DNA of 40,301 nucleotides from Candidatus Polarisedimenticolia bacterium (lineage in GTDB: Bacteria; Acidobacteriota; Terriglobia; Acidiferrales; UBA7541), in contig DATLWP010000292.1 in assembly GCA_035576265.1 (NCBI GenBank), positions 1 to 40,301 on the forward strand, read 5' to 3'. This document shows positions 8,535-17,211 of the stretch, piece after piece. Position 1 is the first letter of the stretch. Every line of letters starts with the position of its first letter. A program made the translations under genes and the position numbers. The notes beneath the pieces were generated by a model. It saw only the letters and a list, made by a program, of their open reading frames with translations, was not told where the DNA came from and did not search any database.

Positions 8535-10349
8535 CTACGGCAAAACGTAGCGGAACGAAGTGAAGAACATGTTCTCGGTGCCCGACGGCTGCCCGCTCGG
8601 ATGCGCCACCGATCCCACGCCCGACCACGTGCTGCGAGCGATGTAAGAGTACTGCGGCCCCCACTGTACGGTGCCCTTCGGTCCCTTGTAGAAGCGATAC
8701 CAGAACCCCGCCGTCCCTTCGATCACGTTCCGCGTATCCCCCGTGCAGCCCGAGAGCGAACCCGGTGTGAAGCCGTTCGTCCCTGGAGTCGGCTCGGTCC
8801 AGCAACCGGAGTTATTGAACAGCGGCGAGCCGTAGCCTACCGCGGTGGTCGGCCCGCTTGCGAATGCTCTGCGCCCCGCGAATTCGCCTCCCGCGTTCAG
8901 ATACACATCGAACTTCGGATAGTGGAATTCGATCGTCCCCAGCGACTGGTAGCTGCGGATCAGCGCCAGCGTACCGTCCGGACGCACCGTCGCATCCGGC
9001 AGGCCCGCCGTTCCGTAACGCCCCACGCCGTTTCCCGCCAGGAAGTGAATCCCCAGGTCCACGTGCTTGTCGAGTACTGCGATGCGCGCGTTCACGCCGA
9101 TACCGCCGCCCACTTGCTTATCGTTGAACGGATTCCCGATCGTGGGAAATACCCGGTCTCGGAAGGTGCTCAGGATGCCGAAGATTTCATAGTGTCCGAA
9201 GCCAGGCTCAAACGCAGCCTTGAAGATGAAATCCGGGGCCGCGTTGAAGGAGTAGTTCGCCGTCGAGTTGTAAAGTCCGCCGCCGTTGCCGCTGGCGCCC
9301 AGCAGGAAATTACCGGACTGCCCGTGGGCGGCAAGCGTGGTCTGGGGGTTTTCCACTGACATCGCCAGCCATACTTTGTTGTTGAAGCTCTTCGCCACGC
9401 GGAAGCCGTATTGCCGCGCCCAGCTGAAGCCGACGGTGTACTGCGCGTCGATTGTCAGCGGCGCCGCTTCCGTGCGATTCTCCGCGCCCTTCTTGGTCTC
9501 GGTCACCAGGCTCCACATCTGCCCGCCCGTAAACGTCCAGCCGCTGTCGAATGCCGCCTGCGCCCAGAACTGCCGCTGGCGGAACGTGTAGCTGTTGCTC
9601 TCGTTGCTGTTCGACGTGACTCCAGCGGAGAGGAAATCACCCTCGTAGAAACCGCCGATCTTCACGCTGCTGAGCTTCCCTTCGGCCAACATCGTGATGC
9701 GGGACTGGCGGCCGCTGGCATTGAATTCCGAAATGTGATTCTGCGAACTGCCCGGCAGGGGTACTCCGTTGAACGGCGTATTGACGTCCGCGCTGAGCGC
9801 GCGCTGCCGCCATACGGTTTCTGCCGCCATGTAACCACCCGGCGTGAGCGTGATGCCTTTCACGTGAATCGAGGTCGGTTCTCCAACGCCTTCCTGACTC
9901 GGTTCAGCACGGACAACCTTTGCCTCCGACGTAGGGGCGGGGGCCACTGGGGCGCTGAAAGATGCGTTTGCCGCGATCCCGGCGGCGTTTCCACTCGCAG
10001 TGTTCACCGCACTCAGTTTCCTCTCCAGCGCTTCCGTTTTCTCTTGCTGCCGCCTCAGCTCCTCGCTCTGCGCTTGTAGCTGCTTGGTTTGTTCTTCAAT
10101 CAGGTTTCGGAGCACGTTCAGTTCGCCTTCCAGGCGCGCTTCAGCAGGACTCGCGGGTTCGGGTTTGGATGCAGCGGTTGCCGCTGCCCCCGCCGCACTT
10201 GACGATGCTGCCACACTCGCATTGGCCGGCTCCGCCGGAGCCGGTGCATTTTCTGTACTTGTCGCACGATTAGTACCCCTAGCTCCGGCCGCCGTCGTGG
10301 GCAACACGACGAGGCCGAAAGCTATCCAGCAAGTAGCCAAGACTCTCAT
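8535..10349 (-). CDS. Outer-membrane beta-barrel porin with N-terminal coiled coil (DcaP-like architecture)
   Basis: Signal peptide MRVLATCWIAFGLVVLPTTAAGA. An Ala/Glu/Gln-rich heptad segment follows (LEGELNVLRNLIEEQTKQLQAQSEELRRQQEKTEALERKL). The remaining ~450 aa show alternating aromatic/Gly/Ser/Asn beta-strand composition and an aromatic-rich C-terminus (FFTSFRYVLP). GGAG RBS is present. Confidence 0.7.
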   Translation of the reverse strand: MRVLATCWIAFGLVVLPTTAAGARGTNRATSTENAPAPAEPANASVAASSSAAGAAATAASKPEPASPAEARLEGELNVLRNLIEEQTKQLQAQSEELRRQQEKTEALERKLSAVNTASGNAAGIAANASFSAPVAPAPTSEAKVVRAEPSQEGVGEPTSIHVKGITLTPGGYMAAETVWRQRALSADVNTPFNGVPLPGSSQNHISEFNASGRQSRITMLAEGKLSSVKIGGFYEGDFLSAGVTSNSNESNSYTFRQRQFWAQAAFDSGWTFTGGQMWSLVTETKKGAENRTEAAPLTIDAQYTVGFSWARQYGFRVAKSFNNKVWLAMSVENPQTTLAAHGQSGNFLLGASGNGGGLYNSTANYSFNAAPDFIFKAAFEPGFGHYEIFGILSTFRDRVFPTIGNPFNDKQVGGGIGVNARIAVLDKHVDLGIHFLAGNGVGRYGTAGLPDATVRPDGTLALIRSYQSLGTIEFHYPKFDVYLNAGGEFAGRRAFASGPTTAVGYGSPLFNNSGCWTEPTPGTNGFTPGSLSGCTGDTRNVIEGTAGFWYRFYKGPKGTVQWGPQYSYIARSTWSGVGSVAHPSGQPSGTENMFFTSFRYVLP

Positions 10350-10792
10350 TTTTCTTCTCCTTGAATGCTCTTGTGCTCGTACGAATCAGAAAGGCGGCTC
10401 GAACGCACGAGAAACAGTGCCGACGAACCAGTTAGAGCTTCGTCCGCCATCCGTTATCGCGCGTACCGACTCCGGAGGGCGGAGGCTGCGTTGAGCTAGA
10501 TAGAAATGAAAAACGGCCGCCGGTCGCTCAAAGGGAGGAGACTCAAGTGAAGCCTGAGGCCGAGCAACGCCGATGGGTGGAAGCGATCACAATGGGGCGT
10601 ATTCATGCACGAAATCGGGCATGTTCGCAAGCGTTATTTCCGGCGGGCTCGAATCTTTGCTTCGGGGGTCTGCTGCCTTCTTTCGAGGCGAACTGGGAAC
10701 GCAAGTTTCTCTCCTCGCCTTTCGTGCTTTCACGCTCCGTGACAAAGCTTCGAAGGGTGCCCGCTGTTCCAATGCGCTAGAATGGCCATACG

Positions 10793-13135
10793 ATGAATGA
10801 ACGGTTCTACCGCGCAACCATGAAGATCGGGGGCGGGACGCTGCTGGGACGCTTGGCCTTCTCCTTCCTCGTGCTCTGCTCGATTGGCCTAGGCGCGGCG
10901 GTAGGGCTGCTTTTCGTCTACGCGAGCGACCTGCCGGAGATCCATGCGCTCGAGGATTACCGGCCAATGGTCGAAACCGAGATCTACGCGGACGACGGTC
11001 AGTCCATCGGCACGTTCGCCCTGCAGCGCAGGGTTCTCGTCACTTACAACCAGATTCCCAAGATCCTGCGGGAGGCCATCCTGACCACCGAGGACCAGCA
11101 TTTTGAGGAGCACTGGGGCGTGGATTTTCCGCGTGTCCTCGAGGCGGCCTGGCACGACGTCGTTCAACATCGCGTCGTCGAGGGTGCCAGCACGTTGACG
11201 ATGCAATTGGCCGGCGGACTCTTCCTCAACCGCTCCGACCGCAGTTTCCGCCGGAAGCTTCAGGAAACGATCCTTGCTCTGCAGATCGAACGCCATTACA
11301 CAAAAGAACAGATCTTCACGATGTACTGCAACCAAATCTATCTCGGCTCGGGAAATTACGGCGTCGAAGCTGCGGCTGAATACTATTTCAGCAAGCCGGT
11401 CAGCCAGGTGACGCTTCCCGAAGCCGCTCTGCTGGCTGCCATAATCCGCGGGCCCGTCTACTCTCCAGTTCTCCATCCGGACCGCGCGCTCGCGCGGCGA
11501 AACCTCGTGCTGTCGCTCATGGCGCATGACCACAAGATCACGCGAGCGCAAGCCGTGGCCGGGAGTAAGGAGCCGCTTGGACTGCTCATCCAATCGCAGC
11601 GTGACGATCTGGCGCCCTATTTCGTCGAAGAGATTCGCCAATACCTTGAGCACAGCTACGGCACGGCCGCCGTCCACGAACAGGGCTTGCGCGTGTACAC
11701 CACGCTGAACGTAGCGATGCAGAAGGCGGCGGATCGCGCGGTTCAGGACGGCCTGCACGATTACGACCGGCGTCACGGCTGGCGCGGCCATCTTCCCAAC
11801 ATCTTGAGAGACCATCTCGGCGAACTCGACAAGTACGAGAGCGACGATTGGAAAGGAACCATTGGGACGGGCGACTACGTCACGGCACTCGTGACGGCAG
11901 TCCATCCTGCATACGCACGGCTCAAGATCGGCGACCACCGCGCCATGCTTACGCCCTCCGATTTCTCATGGACAGGCCACCGCTCGGCGGCGGAAATTCT
12001 GAAGCCCGGTGATCTCGCTGTCGTGCGGATTGAGAAACTCACGGGAGACACGGCGACCGTGCAGCTCGAGCAACAACCGACCGCGCAGGCGGCGTTGCTG
12101 GCCATCGACAATGCCACGGGCGAGATCAAGGCCATGGTCGGCGGTTACGACTTCCGGCAATCGAAATTCAACCGCACGGTACAGGCCATGCGTCAAACCG
12201 GCAGCTCGTTCAAGGTATACGTCTACGCGGACGCGCTCGAGCAAGGGGCAAACCCCTTCGACACCGTCTTGGACGAGCCCGTGACGTTTCAGAGCGGCGG
12301 CGAGGACTACACGCCGCACAATTACGACGAGAAATTCGAAGGGCGCATCACACTGCGCCGCGCCCTCGCCGATTCGCGCAATATCCCAGCAGTGCGCCTG
12401 CTGCAACAGGACGGAATCGAGAATGTGATCGATCTGGCGCGGAAGTTCGGCATCACCAGTCCGTTGCCGCCTTATCCGTCGCTGGCCCTCGGCGCTGCCG
12501 ATTTGACCCTATGGGAGCACACCTCCGCATTCACCGTATTCCCCGACGACGGCATCCACATCGCGCCGCATTACATCCGGCGCGTAACCTCCTACGACGG
12601 AGCCTTGCTCGAAGAGGCACGCCCGAATGTCACCGACGTAATTCCGCCCGCCGTTGCGCGCACGATGGTCGCCATGCTCGAGGATGTCGTGCAATTCGGC
12701 ACCGGTGTTCGCGCCAAAGAGCTCGGCCGCCCCTCGGCCGGCAAAACGGGGACGACCAACGATTTTACGGACGCCTGGTACATGGGCTTCACTCCCGAGA
12801 TCACTGCCGGCGTCTGGGTCGGCAACGACGACATGCGCGTTTCGCTAGGCAAGAAGGAAACCGGCGCGCGCGCCGCGCTTCCTATCTGGCTCGAATTCAT
12901 GCAGCAGGCTACGCAGGGGATGCCGGTCGAGAACTTCCCCAACGTCGTGCCCCTCGAGAAACTTGCAAAGATCAAACTAGTGCAAGTGGATACACCCGAT
13001 ACGGCTCCTCCCGCCGATGCCGCCGAACAAGGATTCACCGATAGCTCCCAGCCGGAGGCCCCGCCATCGAAATCTCAGGAACAACCTCGCCCGCCAGTAC
13101 ACGCGGGCACTTCCGCGATTCCGTCAACACAGTAG
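10793..13135 (+). CDS. mrcA: Penicillin-binding protein 1A (bifunctional glycosyltransferase/transpeptidase)
   Basis: GT51 motifs EDQHFEEHWGVD, GASTLTMQLA and RKLQE. Transpeptidase motifs SSFK and KTGTT. N-terminal TM anchor and a Pro/Ser-rich disordered tail. Confidence 0.92.
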   Translation: MNERFYRATMKIGGGTLLGRLAFSFLVLCSIGLGAAVGLLFVYASDLPEIHALEDYRPMVETEIYADDGQSIGTFALQRRVLVTYNQIPKILREAILTTEDQHFEEHWGVDFPRVLEAAWHDVVQHRVVEGASTLTMQLAGGLFLNRSDRSFRRKLQETILALQIERHYTKEQIFTMYCNQIYLGSGNYGVEAAAEYYFSKPVSQVTLPEAALLAAIIRGPVYSPVLHPDRALARRNLVLSLMAHDHKITRAQAVAGSKEPLGLLIQSQRDDLAPYFVEEIRQYLEHSYGTAAVHEQGLRVYTTLNVAMQKAADRAVQDGLHDYDRRHGWRGHLPNILRDHLGELDKYESDDWKGTIGTGDYVTALVTAVHPAYARLKIGDHRAMLTPSDFSWTGHRSAAEILKPGDLAVVRIEKLTGDTATVQLEQQPTAQAALLAIDNATGEIKAMVGGYDFRQSKFNRTVQAMRQTGSSFKVYVYADALEQGANPFDTVLDEPVTFQSGGEDYTPHNYDEKFEGRITLRRALADSRNIPAVRLLQQDGIENVIDLARKFGITSPLPPYPSLALGAADLTLWEHTSAFTVFPDDGIHIAPHYIRRVTSYDGALLEEARPNVTDVIPPAVARTMVAMLEDVVQFGTGVRAKELGRPSAGKTGTTNDFTDAWYMGFTPEITAGVWVGNDDMRVSLGKKETGARAALPIWLEFMQQATQGMPVENFPNVVPLEKLAKIKLVQVDTPDTAPPADAAEQGFTDSSQPEAPPSKSQEQPRPPVHAGTSAIPSTQ

Positions 13136-13152
13136 GCAGTCTTATTGGTCGG

Positions 13153-14187
13153 CTATCGCTTGCGGAACGGGTCCCAGCCTCCCGGAGTCAGGCCCTCGGC
13201 CTGTCCGTCGGCACGCACCAAGAAAACTCCCTTCTCCCGCGTGATCTCGCCGATGGCCGTCATTTCTGCAAATCCCGGTGCTCTCCGCAACCGCTTCGCG
13301 TGTCTCGGCGCAACGGTAAAGAGAAGCTCGTAATCCTCGCCCCCATGTAAAGCCATTCGCAGCGGAGCGAGGCGGGGCCTCCCCAGCCTGCGTGCAGCGG
13401 CGGCAGAGATCTCCACGCACGGGATGCGCTCGGCCCAGACGCGAGCACCCACTCCGCTTTCGGTGCACACGTGGCCCAAGTCCGTCGATAAGCCATCGGA
13501 GATGTCGATCATGGCCGACGCGACGTCATGCCGGGCGAGCCATGCTCCTAATTCGAGCCGTATTTTCGGGTAGAGATGCGGCTGCAAGAGCCGTCGAAGC
13601 TGGTGGTCGGCGCTCTTCCATCTGACCCCACCTCTGCGGATCAGTTCCAGTCCTAATTGCGCTCGGCCCAGCCTTCCGCTGACATAAATCAGATCGCCCG
13701 GCCGCGCTCCCGAGCGCGGTATCGCGAGGCCGGAGGCAATGTCGCCCAACACTGCGACGCTGATGAAAACCAGCGCTGCCCGGGTCGTGTCTCCACCCGC
13801 GAGGCGCACACGAAGTGAACGCGCCGCGCGTCCCATGCCGGTTAGGAACTGGTCGAGCCAGAGCCCCGTGCGCTTCGCGGGAAGCGCCAGAGTTAGAAGG
13901 AAGAGCCGCGGAACGCCGCCCATAGCGGCGATGTCGCTCGTGGCCCGCACCAGAGACTTGAAGCCGACGGAGTCTGGTGGGTGCGTATTCCCGAGAAAAT
14001 GGATGCCTTCCAGGAAGGCGTCGCAGGTCCAGATCAGGTCTCTGCGTGGATCCGGAGCAACCACAGCGGCGTCGTCCCCAATGCCCAAGCGCAAGCTAGC
14101 GCCGCCTTTCCCAGGCCTCGTGAACGGGTCCGTACGTGAGGGCACCGCCCGTGTGATTCGTTCGATCAGTTGAGCTTCTGTATCCAT
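13153..14187 (-). CDS. thiL: Thiamine-monophosphate kinase
   Basis: AIR-synthase-related fold motifs LGIGDDAAVV, DAFLEGIHF, ATSDIAAMGG, ISVAVLG, DISDGL and GGEDYELLF. The start is set at the internal ATG (14187, MDTEAQLIERI). The 41-codon upstream extension in the track is Arg-rich and unlikely to be coding. Confidence 0.85.
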   Translation of the reverse strand: MDTEAQLIERITRAVPSRTDPFTRPGKGGASLRLGIGDDAAVVAPDPRRDLIWTCDAFLEGIHFLGNTHPPDSVGFKSLVRATSDIAAMGGVPRLFLLTLALPAKRTGLWLDQFLTGMGRAARSLRVRLAGGDTTRAALVFISVAVLGDIASGLAIPRSGARPGDLIYVSGRLGRAQLGLELIRRGGVRWKSADHQLRRLLQPHLYPKIRLELGAWLARHDVASAMIDISDGLSTDLGHVCTESGVGARVWAERIPCVEISAAAARRLGRPRLAPLRMALHGGEDYELLFTVAPRHAKRLRRAPGFAEMTAIGEITREKGVFLVRADGQAEGLTPGGWDPFRKR

Positions 14188-14322
14188 CCTGTCCCTTGGT
14201 ACAGTTGTGGGGCGCCTCTCGATTAAGATACAGTTTTGCTTGGCAGGCGAACGCCTGGGATTATAGAGTGGCTCCGGCCCAGAAGCGAGTCGGGACCGCC
14301 TACGCCGCAACGTAGATTGGGG

Positions 14323-14351
14323 TTGACGCCTGCGGGGCCGATTATTAGAAT
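14323..14351 (+). promoter_or_regulatory. Sigma70-type promoter candidate upstream of the M23 peptidase gene
   Basis: TTGACG (14323-14328), 17-nt spacer, TAGAAT (14346-14351). This would give a leader of about 125 nt before ATG 14482. Confidence 0.45.
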
Positions 14352-14481
14352 CTCCCGGTCTCGAACCAGGGCTCTCGGTTCAGGCTTCTGATTAGATAGT
14401 TCTTATTGATGCGGCAGACCGCGGCAGGGGCGCGCGGTTCTACACCGACCGTCGCCAATTCGTTCGCACGAAGTCAAAGCC

Positions 14482-15399
14482 ATGAGGGCAAAGTCCTACA
14501 CATTCTTTATTGCTTCGAGCGCCTCGGGCGGCATGAAGCGCGTGCGCGTGCCCTTCTACGTCCTCCATCTGCTGGTGATTCTTGCGGTCGTCGGCAGCAT
14601 CACGGTCGCTGTGGCCATGGGCTCCTATTCCCGCATGCTCTGGAAGGCGGCGAACTACAATTCGCTGCGCCGCGAGCAGGATAGCCTCAAGCAGCAGTAC
14701 GTCCAGCTTCAGACTCAGGTGAAAGATACCAACCAGCGCTTGAATTCCCTGCAATCGCTCGCAAGCGAAGTGGCCATGGCTTACGGCATTACGCGCTTCA
14801 GCCAAACCCCGTTCGGATTGACCGACGGCGGTGTCGAGCCGGAACAGGAGTTCCAACAGTCCGTCGATGCGTTCAGCTACCTCGAGAAGAATGCCGCGGC
14901 CGTGGCGATGTCGTCCCGTGGCGTGAGGTTGTTACCGGCCGCCCAGCTGACCAGTCTGGGCATCGTTCCATCCCTCTGGCCGGTGGTCGGAGAGATCACC
15001 GGGCATTTTGGCGAGCGGCTCGACCCATTCAGCGGTGAAGGTGCCTTCCACGCTGGATTGGACATTGCGTCGCATTACGGAGACGAAGTTCGCGCCACCG
15101 CGGACGGCGTCGTCGCGGAAGTCGGACGCCGAGCGGGTTACGGACGGTTGGTTGTCATTGACCACGGCTTCGGCGTCACGACCTGGTACGGCCACCTTTC
15201 AGGCTTTAATGTGCAGCCTGGCATGCACGTAAGATGCGGAGACGTGATCGGTTACGAAGGAAACAGCGGCCGTTCCACCGGACCCCATCTTCATTACGAG
15301 GTACGCATTTACAATACGCCCGTGAATCCCTGGCGTTATCTCCGCTCCATAGATCGAAGCGCGTCGGTTCCCTCATCCCACTCGCCCGCCGCCGACTGA
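14482..15399 (+). CDS. M23 family metallopeptidase (peptidoglycan DD-endopeptidase, EnvC/NlpD-like)
   Basis: N-terminal TM segment, then a coiled-coil region. LytM motifs HAGLDIA, VVIDHGFGVTTWYGHLS and GNSGRSTGPHLHYEVR. Alternative start at ATG 14533 (MKRVRV). Confidence 0.85.
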   Translation: MRAKSYTFFIASSASGGMKRVRVPFYVLHLLVILAVVGSITVAVAMGSYSRMLWKAANYNSLRREQDSLKQQYVQLQTQVKDTNQRLNSLQSLASEVAMAYGITRFSQTPFGLTDGGVEPEQEFQQSVDAFSYLEKNAAAVAMSSRGVRLLPAAQLTSLGIVPSLWPVVGEITGHFGERLDPFSGEGAFHAGLDIASHYGDEVRATADGVVAEVGRRAGYGRLVVIDHGFGVTTWYGHLSGFNVQPGMHVRCGDVIGYEGNSGRSTGPHLHYEVRIYNTPVNPWRYLRSIDRSASVPSSHSPAAD

Positions 15400-15512
15400 G
15401 TCTTCCGCCACATAGTTAACTCCGCCTCCGGTTTCGATGCGGGCCGAAATCTCATCCGACACAACGGGGGTTCGGTGGTCCTGATCGTTGTCGCTTGCTG
15501 CGAGACCCTGAA

Positions 15513-16046
15513 CTACTCGGCGGACTGAACCGTTGCAGCGGTTGCGGGAACAGCTGGCTCACCCGGCTTTCGACGGACTAGAAACGCGCCAACCGTCACC
15601 GCGAGGGATAAAGGGAGAAACAGCAAACCGTCGCGAATGAAAGTTTTCGGCCCGATCTGCTCGCCGGGACCAAAACATCCGCAACTGATCGTCAGGCCGC
15701 GTCGGTAGGCTGAAACCATGGCGATGATAAACCCACAGACCGCTAGCGTCGAAAGGACCGAGGAAAAACGCAGCCCGAATCCGCTCAAAAGCCACAATCC
15801 CAGAATCAGTTCAACGGGAGGAAGCAGATGCGCGAAAGGGCTGACGGCCCAGGTTGGCAGCATCTGGTACGAGTCCACTCCCATCGCAAACATCGAGAGC
15901 GAAGTGTTCACCGAAGCAATCGACCATGGCATGCCCACCTGCGGTTTCAGCTTTGCGTACGCGGCATACAAGAAAATCACCGCGAGCGCGAGCCTACCTG
16001 CCATGAGAAGATATCGGCCGAACCTACCCCGCGCGTCTTTGCTCAT
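15513..16046 (-). CDS. MauE/DoxX family integral membrane protein
   Basis: Four hydrophobic segments and the characteristic SCGCFG motif (TISCGCFGPGE). Confidence 0.7.
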   Translation of the reverse strand: MSKDARGRFGRYLLMAGRLALAVIFLYAAYAKLKPQVGMPWSIASVNTSLSMFAMGVDSYQMLPTWAVSPFAHLLPPVELILGLWLLSGFGLRFSSVLSTLAVCGFIIAMVSAYRRGLTISCGCFGPGEQIGPKTFIRDGLLFLPLSLAVTVGAFLVRRKPGEPAVPATAATVQSAE

Positions 16047-16088
16047 TTCACCAGGCCTATGGGCTGCTCTCGCTAAGCCCTTGTTACG

Positions 16089-16970
16089 CTATTGGCGCAG
16101 GAGTGAATCGAAGAATTGCTTCAGGATAGGCCAGGACACCACCCCCGAGCCAGCCGGTAGGCGCTGGCCTTTATACGTGATCACATACGTTGGTGTCGCC
16201 TGCACCGGAATCCGCGTGCCGAGGGCACGATCTTCGTTAATATAAGGGTCCAAGGAGCACCCGCGGGCAGTCTGCGCCACGTTCAACATTCGCCCCCCGT
16301 CCGTCGATGCGGTAGCCGCTCCGGTGCAGCCCTCCATGAGTTTCTGCACGCGCTTGAAGTCTGCCGCAGGCATGGCCGCCGCGATGAATTTTTCGATGTT
16401 GCCGTCGACCGACCACGCCGGCTGATTATCGTAGAGCGCGGCTTCCACGTTCTGGAATTGTCCGACCCGCGCCGCCGCATTCGCCCAGCGCGCGGCCTCA
16501 TATCCGTACTTGTGCATGGGAAGAGGGAAATCGCGATGAACCAAGTACACTTTTCCAGCGGACACGTAATCGGCAATCATGGGCCGCAGCGTTTGCTCGT
16601 AGAGGCTCCGGCACGACGGGCACTCATAGTCGCTGAAAACTTCCATCTTGATCGGAGCGGCGCTCGACCCGTACGTCTTGACGGGAGCGCTTGCGGACTC
16701 TGCCGCCTTCGCACGCGCGCGCGCTGCTCCCGGCGCGCCATATGCCACGGTCCCCAGCACGAGAATTGAACACACCGCCACGACGCGCACGGCACGCGTC
16801 AGCGACGTAACTCCCCCAGCCTGGGCTTCACGCGTTGAATCGACTCGATAATCCAACTCCCCCTCCTCACAACCGCTGATTGTGCTCCCACCGGCGACCC
16901 ATTGTAGCGCGAATCGCTCTGGATGCGCCCCGATGTTGCTTCGAATCAATCGAACTGACAATATCCTCAT
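16089..16970 (-). CDS. DsbA-family thiol:disulfide oxidoreductase (membrane-anchored, thioredoxin fold)
   Basis: FSDYECPSC (CPSC active site) in a DsbA-like context, with an upstream TM anchor VRVVAVCSILVLGTVAYGA. The exact start is uncertain. It lies 42 nt upstream of the MauE/DoxX gene on the same strand. Confidence 0.72.
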   Translation of the reverse strand: MRILSVRLIRSNIGAHPERFALQWVAGGSTISGCEEGELDYRVDSTREAQAGGVTSLTRAVRVVAVCSILVLGTVAYGAPGAARARAKAAESASAPVKTYGSSAAPIKMEVFSDYECPSCRSLYEQTLRPMIADYVSAGKVYLVHRDFPLPMHKYGYEAARWANAAARVGQFQNVEAALYDNQPAWSVDGNIEKFIAAAMPAADFKRVQKLMEGCTGAATASTDGGRMLNVAQTARGCSLDPYINEDRALGTRIPVQATPTYVITYKGQRLPAGSGVVSWPILKQFFDSLLRQ

Positions 16971-17118
16971 AATCCGATGCGATTACGCCGCTACTGGTTC
17001 GCTCGGCTTGTGTGGCCGAAGCGAAGGCATGCCTTAGGCATGGCCGTACAGTGAAACATATCGAAAGTGGCTACCCGTAACTTGCACATAATAGGAGTTA
17101 TACAGGGGTTATAGAAAA

Positions 17119-17148
17119 CTTGACAATGGAACACTCAATGTGTATTAT
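17119..17148 (+). promoter_or_regulatory. dnaK promoter (near-consensus sigma70) overlapping a HAIR-like HspR operator
   Basis: TTGACA (17120-17125), 17-nt spacer, TATTAT (17143-17148). The overlapping sequence CTTGACA-ATGGAAC-ACTCAAT (17119-17139) matches the HAIR consensus CTTGAGT-N7-ACTCAAG at 11 of 14 positions. Confidence 0.55.
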
Positions 17149-17211
17149 AGCCCTGTTTTCAGCGGAATACGCGTACATTGACCCTACAGAGTTTAGCGAG
17201 GAGCGCATCCC

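Noticed and set aside
10547-10800. Small ORFs 10547-10780 and 10573-10800 in the porin/PBP1A intergenic region
   Set aside because: They overlap each other in different frames, have no RBS, show atypical composition and carry no recognisable domain. They are most likely non-coding.
14188-14320. TPP riboswitch upstream of thiL (minus strand)
   Set aside because: The conserved THI-box elements (a CTGAGA-containing stem and ACCTGATCTGGATAATGCCAGCG-like sequence) are not visible on the minus strand. Only a TATAAT-like -10 element is present.
16971-17211. CIRCE (HrcA operator) upstream of dnaK
   Set aside because: No TTAGCACTC-N9-GAGTGCTAA-like inverted repeat is present in the 240-nt upstream region. 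Only the HAIR-like element was found. The palindrome AGGCATGCCT at about 17025 is short and unrelated.
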